NCBI RefSeq assembly: GCF_964194155.1
Contig: NC_135880.1
Location: forward strand, 221,836,001-221,900,000
DNA length: 64,000 nt
Reading direction: 5' to 3'
Origin: Cetorhinus maximus
Taxonomy: Eukaryota
The notes beneath the pieces were generated by a model. That model did not search any database. It had not been told where the DNA came from and saw only the letters and a program-made list of their open reading frames with translations. Both the position numbers and the translations under genes were made by a program. Each line of letters opens with the position of its first letter. Position 1 is the first letter of the stretch. Below, one piece after another: positions 37,053 through 49,568 of the stretch.

Positions 37053-37948
37053 ACACTGTTACCCTTTGTAATTGTCTTGGTCACTTTTTTCTCATATTCA
37101 CCTTTCTCCCCATGTCCTGCAAATTGTATTAAGTATTGTACCTTAATAGTGCTGTGGTTTAAGAGTTCCTGTTTCCCTTTCTATTTTGTCTCCATCTTGT
37201 GGCACACATTGTCAGTTCAATGATGGAGTTGGTGTGAAGCACTTTCGCTTCACTAACTTTCCAATTGTGGTGTAACTGAAGACAGTGCCAGCACACCTGA
37301 AGCTAGCAGAGACAGACTGCTTACAGGAGGACTGTGGTCTAATTGCAAACTCCTTCGCTGACAGTTCCAAGGTGATTTCCCCACTGAAGTTTCAGGTGGT
37401 GTACATTATCGTGGGAATAGTCTTAATCAGACAAATGTAGCCACTCATTAACGGCTAGCTGTTCAAACTCAAAAGGACATTTCACATCCACCTCCTCCAC
37501 CAAAACATGTAGGTTTACTCGTTAATGATGTCCCATTAGCAAGGTCAATTTTGGGGGGGGAAATTTCCTACTTAGCTGATTCCAGAAGAGGATAAGACAG
37601 AAAAAAGGCTGGCAGCATCTCTGACAGTGCAGCACCCCCTCAGTACTGGACTTCCTCAGGAAGTCCCAAAGTACTTTGCAGCCAATGAAATACTGTTTTG
37701 AAGTGTGGTCACTGTTGTAATTTGTGCACAGCAAGCTCCCATTAACAGTAGTGTGATAAGCTGCCTGTTTCTCAACAGTTTTGGCTGAGGGATGAATAGT
37801 GTTCAGGGACACAGGGGAGAGCCTCTCTGCTCTTCTTTGAAATAGCGTGGTGGGATCATTTACATCCACTAGAGAGGGCAGATGGGGCCTCAGTTTAACA
37901 TCTCATTCAAAAGGCCCTTAATGCACTCTCAGGCAGGTTTGTCACTGA

Positions 37949-39022
37949 TTATTTTTCCAAAAATATACTTTATTCATAAAATATCTGAAGGAACATTCCA
38001 AAATATTTCAAAATGGTCATTACAGAAAGTGCAAAAGTATTCAACTTTTCTCCATAGAGACTCGGAGGCGCCTCAATACAATCATGACTCCAGACGGAAC
38101 AAACAGTTCAGACCACAGTACTCTTATTTCCCAGTTTTTGCTGTTTTTTTGTTCTGCGATGCATGTGATATTTACCATATACATTCAATGTCAAGCATAT
38201 AGCTTGAGGGGTCCTACACAGTCTCCAGTCCCTCTGTGCACTGTGACAGAAAGGTCTTAGACAGCAACCTTTCCCCATTGAGCCTTTGCGGCGGCCGCCC
38301 CAAGCTTTAGTTCGTCCCTCAGCACGTAGTCCTGGAGCTTGGAATGTGCCAGTCTGCAACACTCGGTCAGGGACAACTCTTTGCACTGGAAGACCAACAA
38401 GTTTCGGGCAGACCAAAGAGCGTCTTTCACTGAGATGGTGATCCTCCAGCTGCAGTTGATGTTTGTCTCATTGTGTGTGCCTGGGGACAGCCCGTGGAGC
38501 ACAGAGACCTCTGCAACACGAGGCTGCTCGGGATGAACCTGGACAAAAACCACCGCATATCTTTCCAAACCTTCTTCGCAAAGGCACATTCCAGAAGGAG
38601 ATGTGCGATGGTCTCTTCCCCACCGCAGCTGCTTCCAGGGTAGTGCGCAGTGGCACAAATGCTTCAGTCTTGCATGAAGAATCTGAGGGGGGATTTGGGG
38701 TGGGGCCTTCTCACCACCAGCTAAGCTACATCTTGGTGCTTGTTTGCAATGAGAAATTCTGTCAAATGACTTTGACAGTCTGTTCAGTGAACCATCCAAC
38801 AGGATCCACATCTCCTTTTCCCGCAGGGGTTTGGAGGACATTACGTGTGGACCACTAAATGGTGTCAGGCTTATTGCCTCCTCTGAAAGATTGCCGAGCG
38901 CTTCTTGTGCTGTTCTAAAGTGCGGCAATACGTTTTTACATCCATTTTCCTTCTAAAACAGACTGAAAGGCAGGTTTTTCCAAACACTTTTTCGTTTCTT
39001 GGTGAAGAAGCCATGTTTTTAA
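37949..39022 (-). mobile_element. 5'-truncated L1-clade (Tx1-like) LINE
   Basis: ORF2 C-terminal remnants (CGGEETIAHLLLECAFAKKVW zinc finger; KDALWSARNLLVFQ..QDYVLRD..AQWGK). 3' end aataaagtatatttttgg. Possible cactga duplication. Confidence 0.85.
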
Positions 39023-39029
39023 CACTGAG

Positions 39030-39253
39030 GGAATTGAAGGAAAGAACAACTGAAACTTCACTCCACTTCTACATTGCGGTTTCCTGAGCCCCAAGAGCAG
39101 ACTAAGGAACAACACAATGACGTGACTGCCTTGCAGATGGTAAATTAACACTCTGAGGGAATTGAAGCAGACTGCAGCTCAGGAGCAGACTGGATTTGGA
39201 GTGTGACTTAGCAGTTACACCGGAGTGGCTTCCGTGGACTGAATAACCAGCTC
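39030..39253 (+). promoter_or_regulatory. putative promoter and non-coding exon 1 of the JAML-like gene
   Basis: Adjacent RUNX (TGCGGTT, 39075) and ETS (TTCCTG, 39081) motifs; consensus donor CTC|gtaagt at 39254. The ATG exon has an acceptor 3 nt upstream of ATG. Confidence 0.45.
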
Positions 39254-39662
39254 GTAAGTTCCTTTTCTTTCTGAAACAGAAAAATGTTGAAGGAAAAGAA
39301 CATTAGCTTTCATTCAAAACTTTCTGCTTTCATTGATAGATTTAATTTTAACCTGTCAGAAAGATCATACGGTTAAAATCCAAATGAACTAATAAGGCGT
39401 TTGTTCAGGAGGAATGTTCCTAAGTATAATGAAGTGTTCCTCTCACTCTATCGATAATTATTCTAATTATTTAGTTATAATTATCATTTGTATAGTGCCT
39501 TTAATGGATGTGGATACTCAGTTACTATGTCCAGCACAGAGATTGATAGATTTATGGATACTATGGGAGTTAGGGGATAGTGCAGGAAAGTGGAATTGAG
39601 TTAGAAGATCAGCCATGCAAAATAGGCCCAAAAGGGCTTTATCCACAATTTCCCTTTCTCCA

Positions 39663-40215
39663 CTCCTGAAGGTGCTGATTCTCACTGGGGTACAGGACAC
39701 CTCCTCTCCTGAAGGTGCTGATTCTCACTGGGGTACAGGACCCCTCCACTCCTGAAGGTGCTGACTCTCACTGGGGTACAGGTCCCCTCCTCTCCTGAAG
39801 GTGCTGACTCTCACTGGGGTACAGGACCCCTCCTCTCCTGAAGCTGCTGATTCTCACTGGGGTACAGGACCCCTCCTGTCCTGAAGGTGCTGATTCTCAC
39901 TGGGGTACAGGACTCCTCTTCTCCTGAAGGTGCTGACTCCCACTGGGGTACAGGACCCCTCCTCTCCTGAAGGTGTTGACTCTCACTGGGGTACAGGACC
40001 CCCTCCTCTCCTGAAGGTGCTGACTCTCACTGGGGTACAGGACCCCTCCTCTCCTGAAGGTGCTGACTCTCACTGGGGTACAGGGTCCCCTCCTCTCCTG
40101 AAGGTGCTGACTCTCACTGGGATACGGGTCCCCCTCCTCTCCTGAAGATGCTGATTCTCACTGGGGTACAGGACCCCTCCTCTCCTGAAGGTGCTGACTC
40201 TCACTGGGGTACAGG
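39663..40215. repeat. 43-bp minisatellite (ctcctgaaggtgctgactctcactggggtacaggacccctcct), ~13 copies
   Basis: Units start at 39663, 39706, etc.; highly homogeneous. Confidence 0.95.
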
Positions 40216-41127
40216 CCTGTCCTCTCCATAGGAGTGCCATAAGCTACAGTTGTCACCTCCCCAGTGTTTAATCCGATTTGTCATTCTTCATGTTTGAGCA
40301 TCCAGTAGTACATCAGCAGCTATTTGACCTTGGGAGTTGTTACAGGTCAATCCTCTCCACTCCTCGTGTCCATAATCATGCAATGTCCAGCAGTGGTCAC
40401 AGGGATGAGAGGCAGGAACCTGGTCTGAATGTAGCCATGAATAATGTAGGTCCTGTTATTAAGACTTTCACTGGAACCAATATAATTCAACCTGAAATAA
40501 GGATTGGACCTGTTAATGGCTGGAATCCTACATAGCTCAACACTGGCTTATGCATTAACCCCAACAACCATTTGAGAATCCAATCTGCAGTCTCTAATTT
40601 CACTGCTTGTCTTCCATTTTCCATTCTCAGTCAGCTTGACTAATCTAAATCTCTGCTGCTGGTATCCCTACTCCTACAGGTCCCGTTCAACCATCACCCC
40701 TTACGCTCACTGACCTGCATTGGATCTGGGTTTGGCAATGCCACGATTTTAACATTCCCATCTTCTATTCAAGTCTCTCCATGGCCTTAGCCCTCTCTAT
40801 CCCTTTAACCTGCTCCACCCCTGCAACCCTCTGAAACCTCTGTGCTCCTCCAATTTTGGCCTTTACGCAACCCTGATTTTTATCACTCCAGTATTGCCAG
40901 CCATACCTTTAGCTGTCTAGATCCTTTCTCCTCTTTTAAGACACTATTTAAAGCTTAGCTCCCTGGCCAAGGTTTAGTTAGTTGTCAGAATATCTCTTTA
41001 TGTGGCTCAGAGTCAAATTTTGTTTGATAACTCTCCTATAAAGTATTTTGGGATGCATTTAAAGGCGTTATATAAATGCAAGTTGTTATTATCATTGATT
41101 GATTTCCTGTTTTTCTCTCCATAGGAG

Positions 41128-41179
41128 ATGAACAGTGGAATGGGCTTCCTCTTGTTCCTTTCGTCTCTTATGTTCTATG
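41128..41179 (+). CDS. JAML-like receptor, signal-peptide exon (MNSGMGFLLFLSSLMFY)
   Basis: Acceptor ttttctctccatag, ATG at 41128, hydrophobic leader, phase-1 donor G|gtaaga matching the next exon. Confidence 0.75.
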
Positions 41180-42029
41180 GTAAGAGTTTCTTAGAGGTCT
41201 AGTAAATTGGGCTTATATTCTCTGTAGTTTAGAAGAATGAGAGATGATCTCATTGAACTTCTGATTGGGGCTTCATATGGGAGACACTGAGAGATTTTTT
41301 TCTATTGGTCAGGGAATCTAGAACATGGGCGTACAGCCTCAGACTAAGGGGCCGACCATTTAGGACTGCGATGAGGAGCAATTACTTCACTCAAAGGGTT
41401 GTGAATCTTTGGAATTCTTTTTCCCGGGGGTTGTGGATGCTCCATCATTGAGTATATTTAAGGCTGGGATAGACAGATATTTGGTGTCTCAGGGAATCGA
41501 GGGATATGAAGAGTGGGCGGCAAAATGGAGTTGAAGCCCAAGACCAGTCAAGATTGTATTGAATGGTGGAATAGGTTCAATGGGCCATGGGGTCAACTCC
41601 TGCTCCTATTCCTCGTGTCCTCGTGTTCGTTTATGGAGAACAGTGATAGAACAATGAACTATTATGCTGAAGTGTTTTGAGTCTTAACTGTAATTGGAGA
41701 TAAAGTTGCCAACTCTGGTTGGATGCATGACCCTCCCATCTCTAACCACCCCACACTTAGGTCATTGGTCCATTCTCAGTGCGTCTGCATTGGACATTTA
41801 AAATAATGGACCCCAAGGGTTAAGCAGTGGGACCAGCACCTGGGCAGATCGAGCTAATTTGGTGATTTGTTTTACACCTAGAAGCAGTGAGGGAAATGGA
41901 TCGCTATGTGTACTATTAATGGGAAGGATGGAAACACCAGCCCAGTGTGGCATGGAACCACGCAGACCAGGGAGGTCCCAGTTTTAATTTATGGGCCAGT
42001 ATTGACCACAGTCTAGTCAGTAAAAGGAC

Positions 42030-42460
42030 ATGCATTTAAATAGCACTTTCCATAACCTCATGACATGCAAAACACTCTGCAACCAATGAAGTATTTTTGA
42101 AGTGTAGTCATTGTTGTAATGTAGGAAACCCTAATGCAGCCAATCTGCGCACAGCAAGCTCCCACAAACAGCAATGTGATAATGACCAGATAATCTTTTT
42201 GGTGATGTTGGTTGAGGGATAAATATTGGTCTAGACATGGGGAGATCTCCCTGCTCTCTTGGAAATGGTGCCATGGGATCATTCACATCCACCTGAGCAG
42301 GCAAATGAGGCCTCAGTTTAATAAATCGTCTGAAAGACAGCACCTCTGAGAGTGCAGCGGTCCCTCAGTACTGCACTGGAATGTCAGCCTTGATTTTTGT
42401 GTTCAAGTCCTGGGGTGAGAATTGAACCCAAACCGTCTGCCACCAGGGTAAGAATGCTAC
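42030..42460 (-). mobile_element. full-length Deu-domain SINE
   Basis: Reverse complement of the same family, well conserved. Confidence 0.75.
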
Positions 42461-43374
42461 CCACAGAGCCCTGCCCTTTTCCCAGAATCCTTTAACCCCC
42501 TATCCTCTAGCCACATGTCTAACCTGTTCTTAAATGTAAATATGGAGGGAATTTTCAATGGACTTTTGGCTGGGCCGTTGAATCTCCCCAGGTGGGTCCC
42601 GCCACAATGGGGCTGGGAAAATCCCAGCCATGGTCTCTGTTTCATTCATTATCTATGGTAGTGAACTCTACAGCCTCATGACCCTCTTGTGTAAAGAAAC
42701 AACTTTTTCCTGCTCTCTGTCCTAAATCTCTTTAATATAATCTCACCTCAATATCCGCTCACTCTAGACCCCTCAACCACTGGAAAAACTATGGAGACAA
42801 TTAGAACCCACCATTGGGCAGTTAACGGGATGGGGGGGCAATGCAGGTTTTACCCTCTGCCCGATTTTGCTCTTCATTCAAGACAACATGGAGCAATTTT
42901 GGTCATCCCATTCCCAACCCCGTGGAATTTCCACCAGGTGAATAAAGTTCGAAAAGACCCCTTCTGTTTCTGTCTACTCTGTGCCTTCCATTCAGAACAT
43001 TAAACACCTCTATCAAATCATTCTGTGCACAGGATAAGAAATGGGAGCAGGAGTAGGCCATAGGATCCCTAAAGCCTGTTCTGCCATGCAATAAGATCAT
43101 GGCTGATCTTCCACCTCAACTCCCCTTTCTGACCCTGTCCCCATATCCCTTGATTCCTTTACTAGCTAAACATTTATCTACCTCAATCTTGAATATATCC
43201 AGTGACTGAACATCCACGCTCTCTAGCACAGAGAATTCCAAAGGTTCACAAGCCTGTGAGTGGAACCTAAATGACCATTCCCTTATCCTGAGACCATGAA
43301 CATTAGTTCTAAACTCTTCAGCTAGTGGAAACAGCCTCTCAGCGTCTACCTTGTCAAGCCCTTGAAGAACTCTA

Positions 43375-44020
43375 TGGCGAGGATCTTCCGGTCAGCAAGC
43401 GGGGGTGGGGCCCGCTCGCCGACGTGTAAAATGACGGCGAATGACGTCGGGCGGAACTCCCGACCTTACCCCGCGCCATTTCAATTTTCAGGTCGGCGGG
43501 GGCACCCGCCAACCTGTCAACGGCCTATTGAGGCCATTAATAAAACAATTTAAATAATTAACAGGGCTGCCCGCCCAACCTTAGGGCTGGCAGGCAGGCT
43601 GGGAGCCCTGGCGGGCATAAGAAAAAGCATGAAACCTCATCCACGGGCGGGATGGGGTTTCATGAGGGTTTTTAAATATTTAATAAAGGTTTGAGTTAAA
43701 GTGATGGACATGTCCCAACTGATGTGACAGTGTCACACGAGGGGACATGTCAGGGAAATGTGGATATCATTTGCTTACCATTTTTAAATTTGGAGCTGAT
43801 CCCCCTGAGGCAGCACTTAGCCTCAGGGAGGTCAGTGCGCTCTTTCGTGTGCATGCGGGAAAGAGCGTACTCTCGGCTGAGGGAATCCCCCCGCCCACAC
43901 AGGAAGCACATAGCGTCCTGGTGGACGTCACGCTTGACGGGCCTTAATTGGCCCGCCCACTTAAAATGGCCGCCCGCCCTCCCGCGCCCGCTCCTGCACT
44001 GATTGGAGGAAAATTTTCCC
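43375..44020. mobile_element. PIF/Harbinger-like MITE nested in a minus-strand CR1 3' fragment (~43030-44130)
   Basis: Imperfect TIRs ggcgaggatcttcc / ggaaaattttcccc with 3-bp tat/tgt flanks. Confidence 0.65.
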
Positions 44021-45368
44021 CTGTATATTTCAATGAGACCACCTCTCGTCCTTCTAAACTCCAAAGAATATAAACCCACTCTACTCAAACGCCCCTCGTA
44101 GAACAGCTCTCTCATCCACGTTCTAGTGAAACAAATACCCTATGGCTTAGATATAAGTGTTTAAAGCAACCATTGGGTTTCAGGATCCATATCCCTTGTT
44201 CAAACTGCCCAAGTTGGTGATTGGTTCGATCCCAGCTGTCACTTTAACTGAGACTCACAGTGAAGAAACGTTATTTACATTAGGCGCAGTTCCGTTGCTG
44301 CACAGGAGAGCGCAAGCAATTGTAATTTACTGTAAAGAGGATGACGCCACTGCAGCAGATCCTTCCCACCATCCCCACCCCACACACCCCACCAACCATA
44401 CCATGAATTACCCACAGTTTCCCCCTTTTCTAGACAGCTGACGTTGACTTTGAAAGTAGCTTTCTTACTGTGAAGCAAAGTAACCCTTAACAAGGCACTA
44501 TTATCCAGGCTGGTGCTCTGATGCAGGACTGAGGTTGAGCCACCTTGACAGAGGTTCCACATTCCACACGGGACAGGAAACCAAGAACGCTCATGGCTTT
44601 AGGTCGTGTTCTCCAACGTGGACTCCTTGTTTCAAATTGGCCTTACTCTGGGCAGGAAGATCGGCAGAGGTTTTAATAATCCTGTTTCACTGTTTGGTGG
44701 AATGGACAGCATCAACTCGCTTTCGTTTAAGGAAGATATAAATAAAAGCCAGCACAATTTGTTGAAGGCAATCATGTTTGACTAACTTGATTGAGTTTTA
44801 TGATTGGTCAGGGTGATTCAGTTGATTTGTATCTATGGGCTGAAAAACGTTGTTTGATAAAGTGCCAGATAATAGCTTTGTTAGGAAAGATTGAAGCCCA
44901 TGGGATGAAAGGAGTAGTCAGTGGCAGTACTGATACCTAATTGACTAAAGGATGGAAAGCAAAGATAGTTGTTAGCAATTGTTTTTCAGACTGAGGAAAG
45001 TGTGCAGTGGTGTTCCCCAGGGAGCATTGTTAAGATCACCGCTCTTTTTGATATATATGCTGGATGCTGCACACATGTGGTTATTGAGCCTGGCAGTGAT
45101 TCAGTTATCATTGCATTGGCCAGTAATTTATATTAATGCATATTAGAGGTCAAGTAACAGAGTTTGGTTTGTGCTGAGAAACAATGAGTATCGGATACCC
45201 AAGATTAAATCGAAAGGATTGGGTGGTTTATAAATAGGATTGTATGTAGCCAAGAATGGGTTACAGGCCGGAATCTATCGCAAGTTTCAAGCAGTTTACA
45301 TGTAGCATAACAGACACCCAGGAGTAAATTACAGTCCGGAATCTAATCGAGAGGTCCGGGCAGTTTAT

Positions 45369-46063
45369 GGGCAGAATTTTGCCCTTGTCGGGCGGGCTCG
45401 GTGGGGGGGGGGGGACAGGTGGGTTTGGGAAGCTGACCGTCGTCCGCGATCGGGGCCGGACCGCAATTTCACGCTGACGGGCCATTTGAGGCCTACCAAG
45501 TGTGAAACACGTGCTGCAACGCTCAGCGCTGCCTGTGTGGGGAGGGGAGGAGGGCGAGCGGGGAACCTCACATATGCGCGTGGGTGAGCGCTGGAAAAGC
45601 TCCCTGAGGCACAGAGCTGCCTCAGGCAGGTGCAGATATATGAAAAAAAAATTTTAAGGTGTTAAAAAACAAGTCCCCTCATGTGACTCTGTCGCATGAG
45701 CAGGGGGGACATGTTAGAAATCGGGATGAAATCTTTTTTTTTTATGTGACGGATTGAAACCTCATCCCGCCCGTGGATGAGGCTCGGCAAAAAAAAACGC
45801 AAAGGCTGCTTGGTCTTTTTGCCTGCCCGCCAGCCGTAAGGTCGGGTGGGCAGTGAAAAATTTAAATCAATTGGATTGTTAATGGTCCTAATAGGCCTTT
45901 GAATTGTCAGCGGGCACACTGCCAACTCACGCGCGTGCCCGCCGATCGAAATACTGCACGAGTGCATGATGACATTGGGACACTCGCCTGACGTCACCGC
46001 GCGTCACTTTACGCTCGTTCGGGTCGGGCGCCCGCCTGTCTGACGAGCGAAAAGTTCTACCCT
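45369..46063. mobile_element. PIF/Harbinger-like MITE inserted in a degenerate tandem repeat
   Basis: TIRs gggcagaatttt / aaaagttctaccc. The same degenerate repeat continues on both sides. Confidence 0.7.
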
Positions 46064-46366
46064 GTGTGTAGAATAACAGGTACCCGAGGAGCAAGTCTGG
46101 AATTGGTGATTTATATGTAAAATAACAGGTAGCCAGGACAGAGTTACAGCCTGGAAACTAATTGAAGCTTTTGGGTGGTTTATACAGAGAATAACAGTAA
46201 TCCAAGAGAGAGTTACCGTCTGGAATCTAATCAATGGGTTTGGGTAAGTTATAAAGGATAGTTGGTGTAACATCACCAAAAGGGGAAATAAACCCATTGC
46301 CGGCCATCACAGGTACCGAGGCTTCTACCAATCCACAGGCATTGTCTGTTTGTTCCTGCTCCGTAG

Positions 46367-46533
46367 GTATCTGCTCGATCTTAGCTATTGGTGTCTCCAC
46401 CCCAAAGTCCTTGGTTGTGGAGGAGGGAATGGAGCTACGGCTGGACTGCAAGCTGGGACGTGCGGACACTCAATTACACAACGTCAAGCTGGAATGGTCC
46501 TATACCCCTTACACTGGTGTTGAAGAGGACTTG
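46367..46533 (+). CDS. JAML-like receptor, Ig V domain first half (GICSILAIGVSTPKSLVVEEGMELRLDCKLG...KLEWSYTP..DL)
   Basis: Acceptor ccgtag, donor gtgagt. B-strand Cys (LDC) and C-strand Trp (LEW). A V domain split across two exons is typical of the MPZ/MPZL/SCNB/JAML family. Confidence 0.88.
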
Positions 46534-46809
46534 GTGAGTGATGTGTTCCAGTGCCCTGTGTCAGCTTCTGTGGCTGCACTCTACCACCAGCTTCTCGCCC
46601 TCTTCTCTTTAACTCAAACGCGGTATCTGCATGTTGTCATTTTAGGGCCACTGTAATGTCGGCCAGAGTTTTGACTGTCTCTGGGGAATTTTTGCACAAG
46701 AACTGTGGAAGGTGTGCACCCAAAGCTCCAAATGATGGGGAATCACTGGGTGACAGCTCTGGTTTACCTGAAAAGGTTCTGGGAGTAAGTTTAGATTTAG
46801 AGGTTGGCA

Positions 46810-47420
46810 GCTAATACAAAAGGGAATCCCAAAGTCTTCTATAGGCATATAAACAGTAAAAGGGTGATAAAAAGAGGAGTAAAGACCAAAAGGGGATTTA
46901 CACATGGAGGCAGGGGACATGGCTAAGATATTAAGTGAATATTTCACGCCTGGCTTGACCAAGGAAGAAGATGCTATCCAGGCCATGGTGAAAGAGGGGG
47001 AAATTCAGCCACTATAAGGGTTTAAAATTGATAAGGAGGTACTGGATTGGTTGAGTGAACTCAAAGTTGACAAGGCACCAGGACCAGATAAGATGTATTC
47101 AAAGGTACTGGGAGAAGCGAGAGTGGAAACTGCAGATGCACTGGCCATAATTTTTTAGTCTTCTTTAGATTCAGGGGTGGTGTCAGAAGACTGGAGAATT
47201 GCAAAAATTACACCCTTGTTCAATAAAGCTGGTAAGAATAAGCCCAGCAACTATAGGCCTGTCAGTTTAACTTTGATGGCGGGGAAACTTCTAGAAACTA
47301 TAATTTGGGACAGAATTAATAGCCACATGGACAAATGTGGGTTAATTAAGGAGAGCCAGCATGGGTTCCCAAGGAAAAATTATGTTCATCTAACTTGCTG
47401 GAGTTTTTCAAAGAGGCAAC
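46810..47420 (+). mobile_element. CR1 LINE ORF2 internal fragment
   Basis: DWRIAKITPLFNK..SNYRPVSLT..GKLLE..SQHGF. Confidence 0.88.
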
Positions 47421-48248
47421 CTGTACCTGTCCTGGGAGTGTTTGATGGGGACAGTGTAGAGGGAGCTTTACTCTGTATCTAACCCCATGCTGTACCTGTC
47501 CTGGGAGTGTTTGATGGGGACAGTGTAGAGGGAGCTTTACTCTGTATCTAACCCCATGCTGTACCTGTCCTGGGAGTGTTTGATGGGGACAGTGTAGAGG
47601 GAGTTTTACACTGTATCTAACCCCGTGCTGTGCCTGTCCTGGGAGTGTTTGATGGGGACAGTGTAGAGGGAGCTTTACTCTGTATCTAACCCCGTGCTGT
47701 ACCTGTCCTGGGAGTGTTTGATGGGGACAGTGTAGAGGGAGCTTTACTCTGTATCTAACCCCGTGCTGTACTTGTCCTGGGAGCGTTTGATGGGGACAGT
47801 GTAGAGGGAGCTTTACTCTGTATCTAACTCCGTGCTGAATCTGTCCTGGGAGTGTTTGATGGGGACAGTGTAGAGGGAGCTTTACTTTGTATCTAACCCT
47901 GTGTTGTACCTGCCCTGGGAGTGTTTGAGGGGATAGTGTAGAGGGAGATTTAATCTGTATCTAACCCCGTGCTGTACCTGTCCTGGGAGTGTTTGAGGGG
48001 GACAGTGTAGAGGGAGCTTTACTCTGTATCTAACCCCGTGCTGTACCTGTCCTGGGAGTGTTTGAGGGGGACAGTGTAGAGGGAGTTTTACACTGTATCT
48101 AACCCCGTGCTGTACCTGCCCTGGGAGTGTTTGATGGGGACAGTGTAGAGGGAGCTTTACTCTGTATCTAACCCCGTGCTGTCCCTGTCCTGGGAGTGTT
48201 TGATGGGGACAGTGTAGAGGGAGCTTTACTCTGTATCTAAGCCGGTGC
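47421..48248. repeat. 69-bp minisatellite (ctgtacctgtcctgggagtgtttgatggggacagtgtagagggagctttactctgtatctaaccccgtg), 12 copies
   Basis: Units start at 47421, 47490, etc.; near-identical. Confidence 0.96.
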
Positions 48249-48286
48249 TTTCTCTTCAATTACATTCCTTCTTGATTCCAACACAG

Positions 48287-48503
48287 ATTTTTTTTCACTA
48301 TCAAAACCTCAGTGTGGTCGTGCAGAATGGTACATTCTCCATGAGACTTCAGTGGGTTGGTGACATCCGACAAAACAATGGTTCCATTCTCATAACTAAA
48401 GTGGAATGCAGTGACAAAGGTTATTTCACTTGTGATATGCGGATCCCCAGGTTATCCAGTGAAATCTTTACAAGCAGAATTGATCTAAAAGTCTTGTGCA
48501 AAG
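48287..48503 (+). CDS. JAML-like receptor, Ig V domain second half (IFFHYQN...RLQWVGDIRQNNGSILITKVECSDKGYFTCDMR...LKVLCK)
   Basis: Acceptor acacag, donor gtaatg. RxxWxGD..DGSI-like and DxGxFTC motifs. Confidence 0.9.
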
Positions 48504-48524
48504 GTAATGAACTAAGTTGCTGTA

Positions 48525-48780
48525 CCTCAATACATTGGGAGTGAATGGGAAGGAATTTGACCCTTTGGGATTCAAAACTCTGGGAGTGAACGAGAAAGGA
48601 ATTTGTCTATTAGGATTGTATGCACTGGGAGTGAATGGGAAGGTGTTTGGTCCATTGGGATTCAGTATTCCAGGAGTGAATGAGAAAAGGTTTCATCCAT
48701 TGGGATTGTATACACTGGGCATAAATGAGAAAGGGCTGATCCACTGGGATTCAATACTCTGGGAATGAATTGGAAAGGCT
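48525..48780. repeat. degenerate 45-bp tandem repeat, ~5.5 copies
   Basis: tgggagtgaa-like anchors at 48536, 48581, 48626, 48671, 48716 and 48760. Confidence 0.85.
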
Positions 48781-49568
48781 TTATGTCATGTGTGCATTAT
48801 GTATAGTTTAACTCAATGTTGTGAGTAAGCTAGGATTAAGTGGTAACTATGTAAGACTTTTCTACTCACCTCTTGTTTGCAATAACCCCATCAATTAAAT
48901 GAATGGATGAAATATTCTGCACAGCATTCCCCATGTTCTCATGCATGCAGCTAATGGGTGGGGCCTTCAATAAAGAGAGAGCAATCACAAAATCAATCTT
49001 TGAATTAACAAGACCGCCAAGCATCCAGAAACCTAACTGAAATAAGAAAGAATTTGCATTTATATAACTCTTTTACATCCTTAAGACATACCAAGATGCT
49101 TGTCAATCAATGAATTCCTTTCAAGTGCATCTAATGATGTCATATAGATAAACACAGCAGTCAACTTTCACACGAAATACCACAAACAGCAATGAAATGA
49201 TTGAGACCAATTAATCTGGTTCGGTGGTGTTGGTTGGGAAATAAACCTCGATCGGGACACTTTGATCTTCTTTGGATAATATTGTTGGCTATTAAACATT
49301 TACCTCAATAACCAGGTTTAGCATCTCATTCAAAAGATGGCACCTTTGACTGTGCAGCATTCCTTCAGTGCTGCATTGATGTGTCAGCCTAAATTCCGTG
49401 CTTAAATCTGGGAGCAGGGATTGAATTGACAGCCATTGGTGAAATTGCTACCGAGCCATGAATGGCTTGTTTCTTTTGTGAAATTGCTGCTTTTTTGGGT
49501 GTTGGGAGGTGGGGGGTGGGGTGTGGTGAGGCAGAGATTTTGTATCTGAGCATTTCTATTCCCTTCAG

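Noticed and set aside
44157-44741. Possible second Ig domain of the JAML-like gene
   Set aside because: No Cys/Trp Ig pattern with compatible splice phases was found by eye.
47421-48248. CRISPR-like array, or the repetitive 125-aa ORF (YRVKLPLHCPHQTLPG..)
   Set aside because: Units are directly tandem with no unique spacers, the context is eukaryotic and no cas genes are present. The ORF is a by-product of the 69-bp period.
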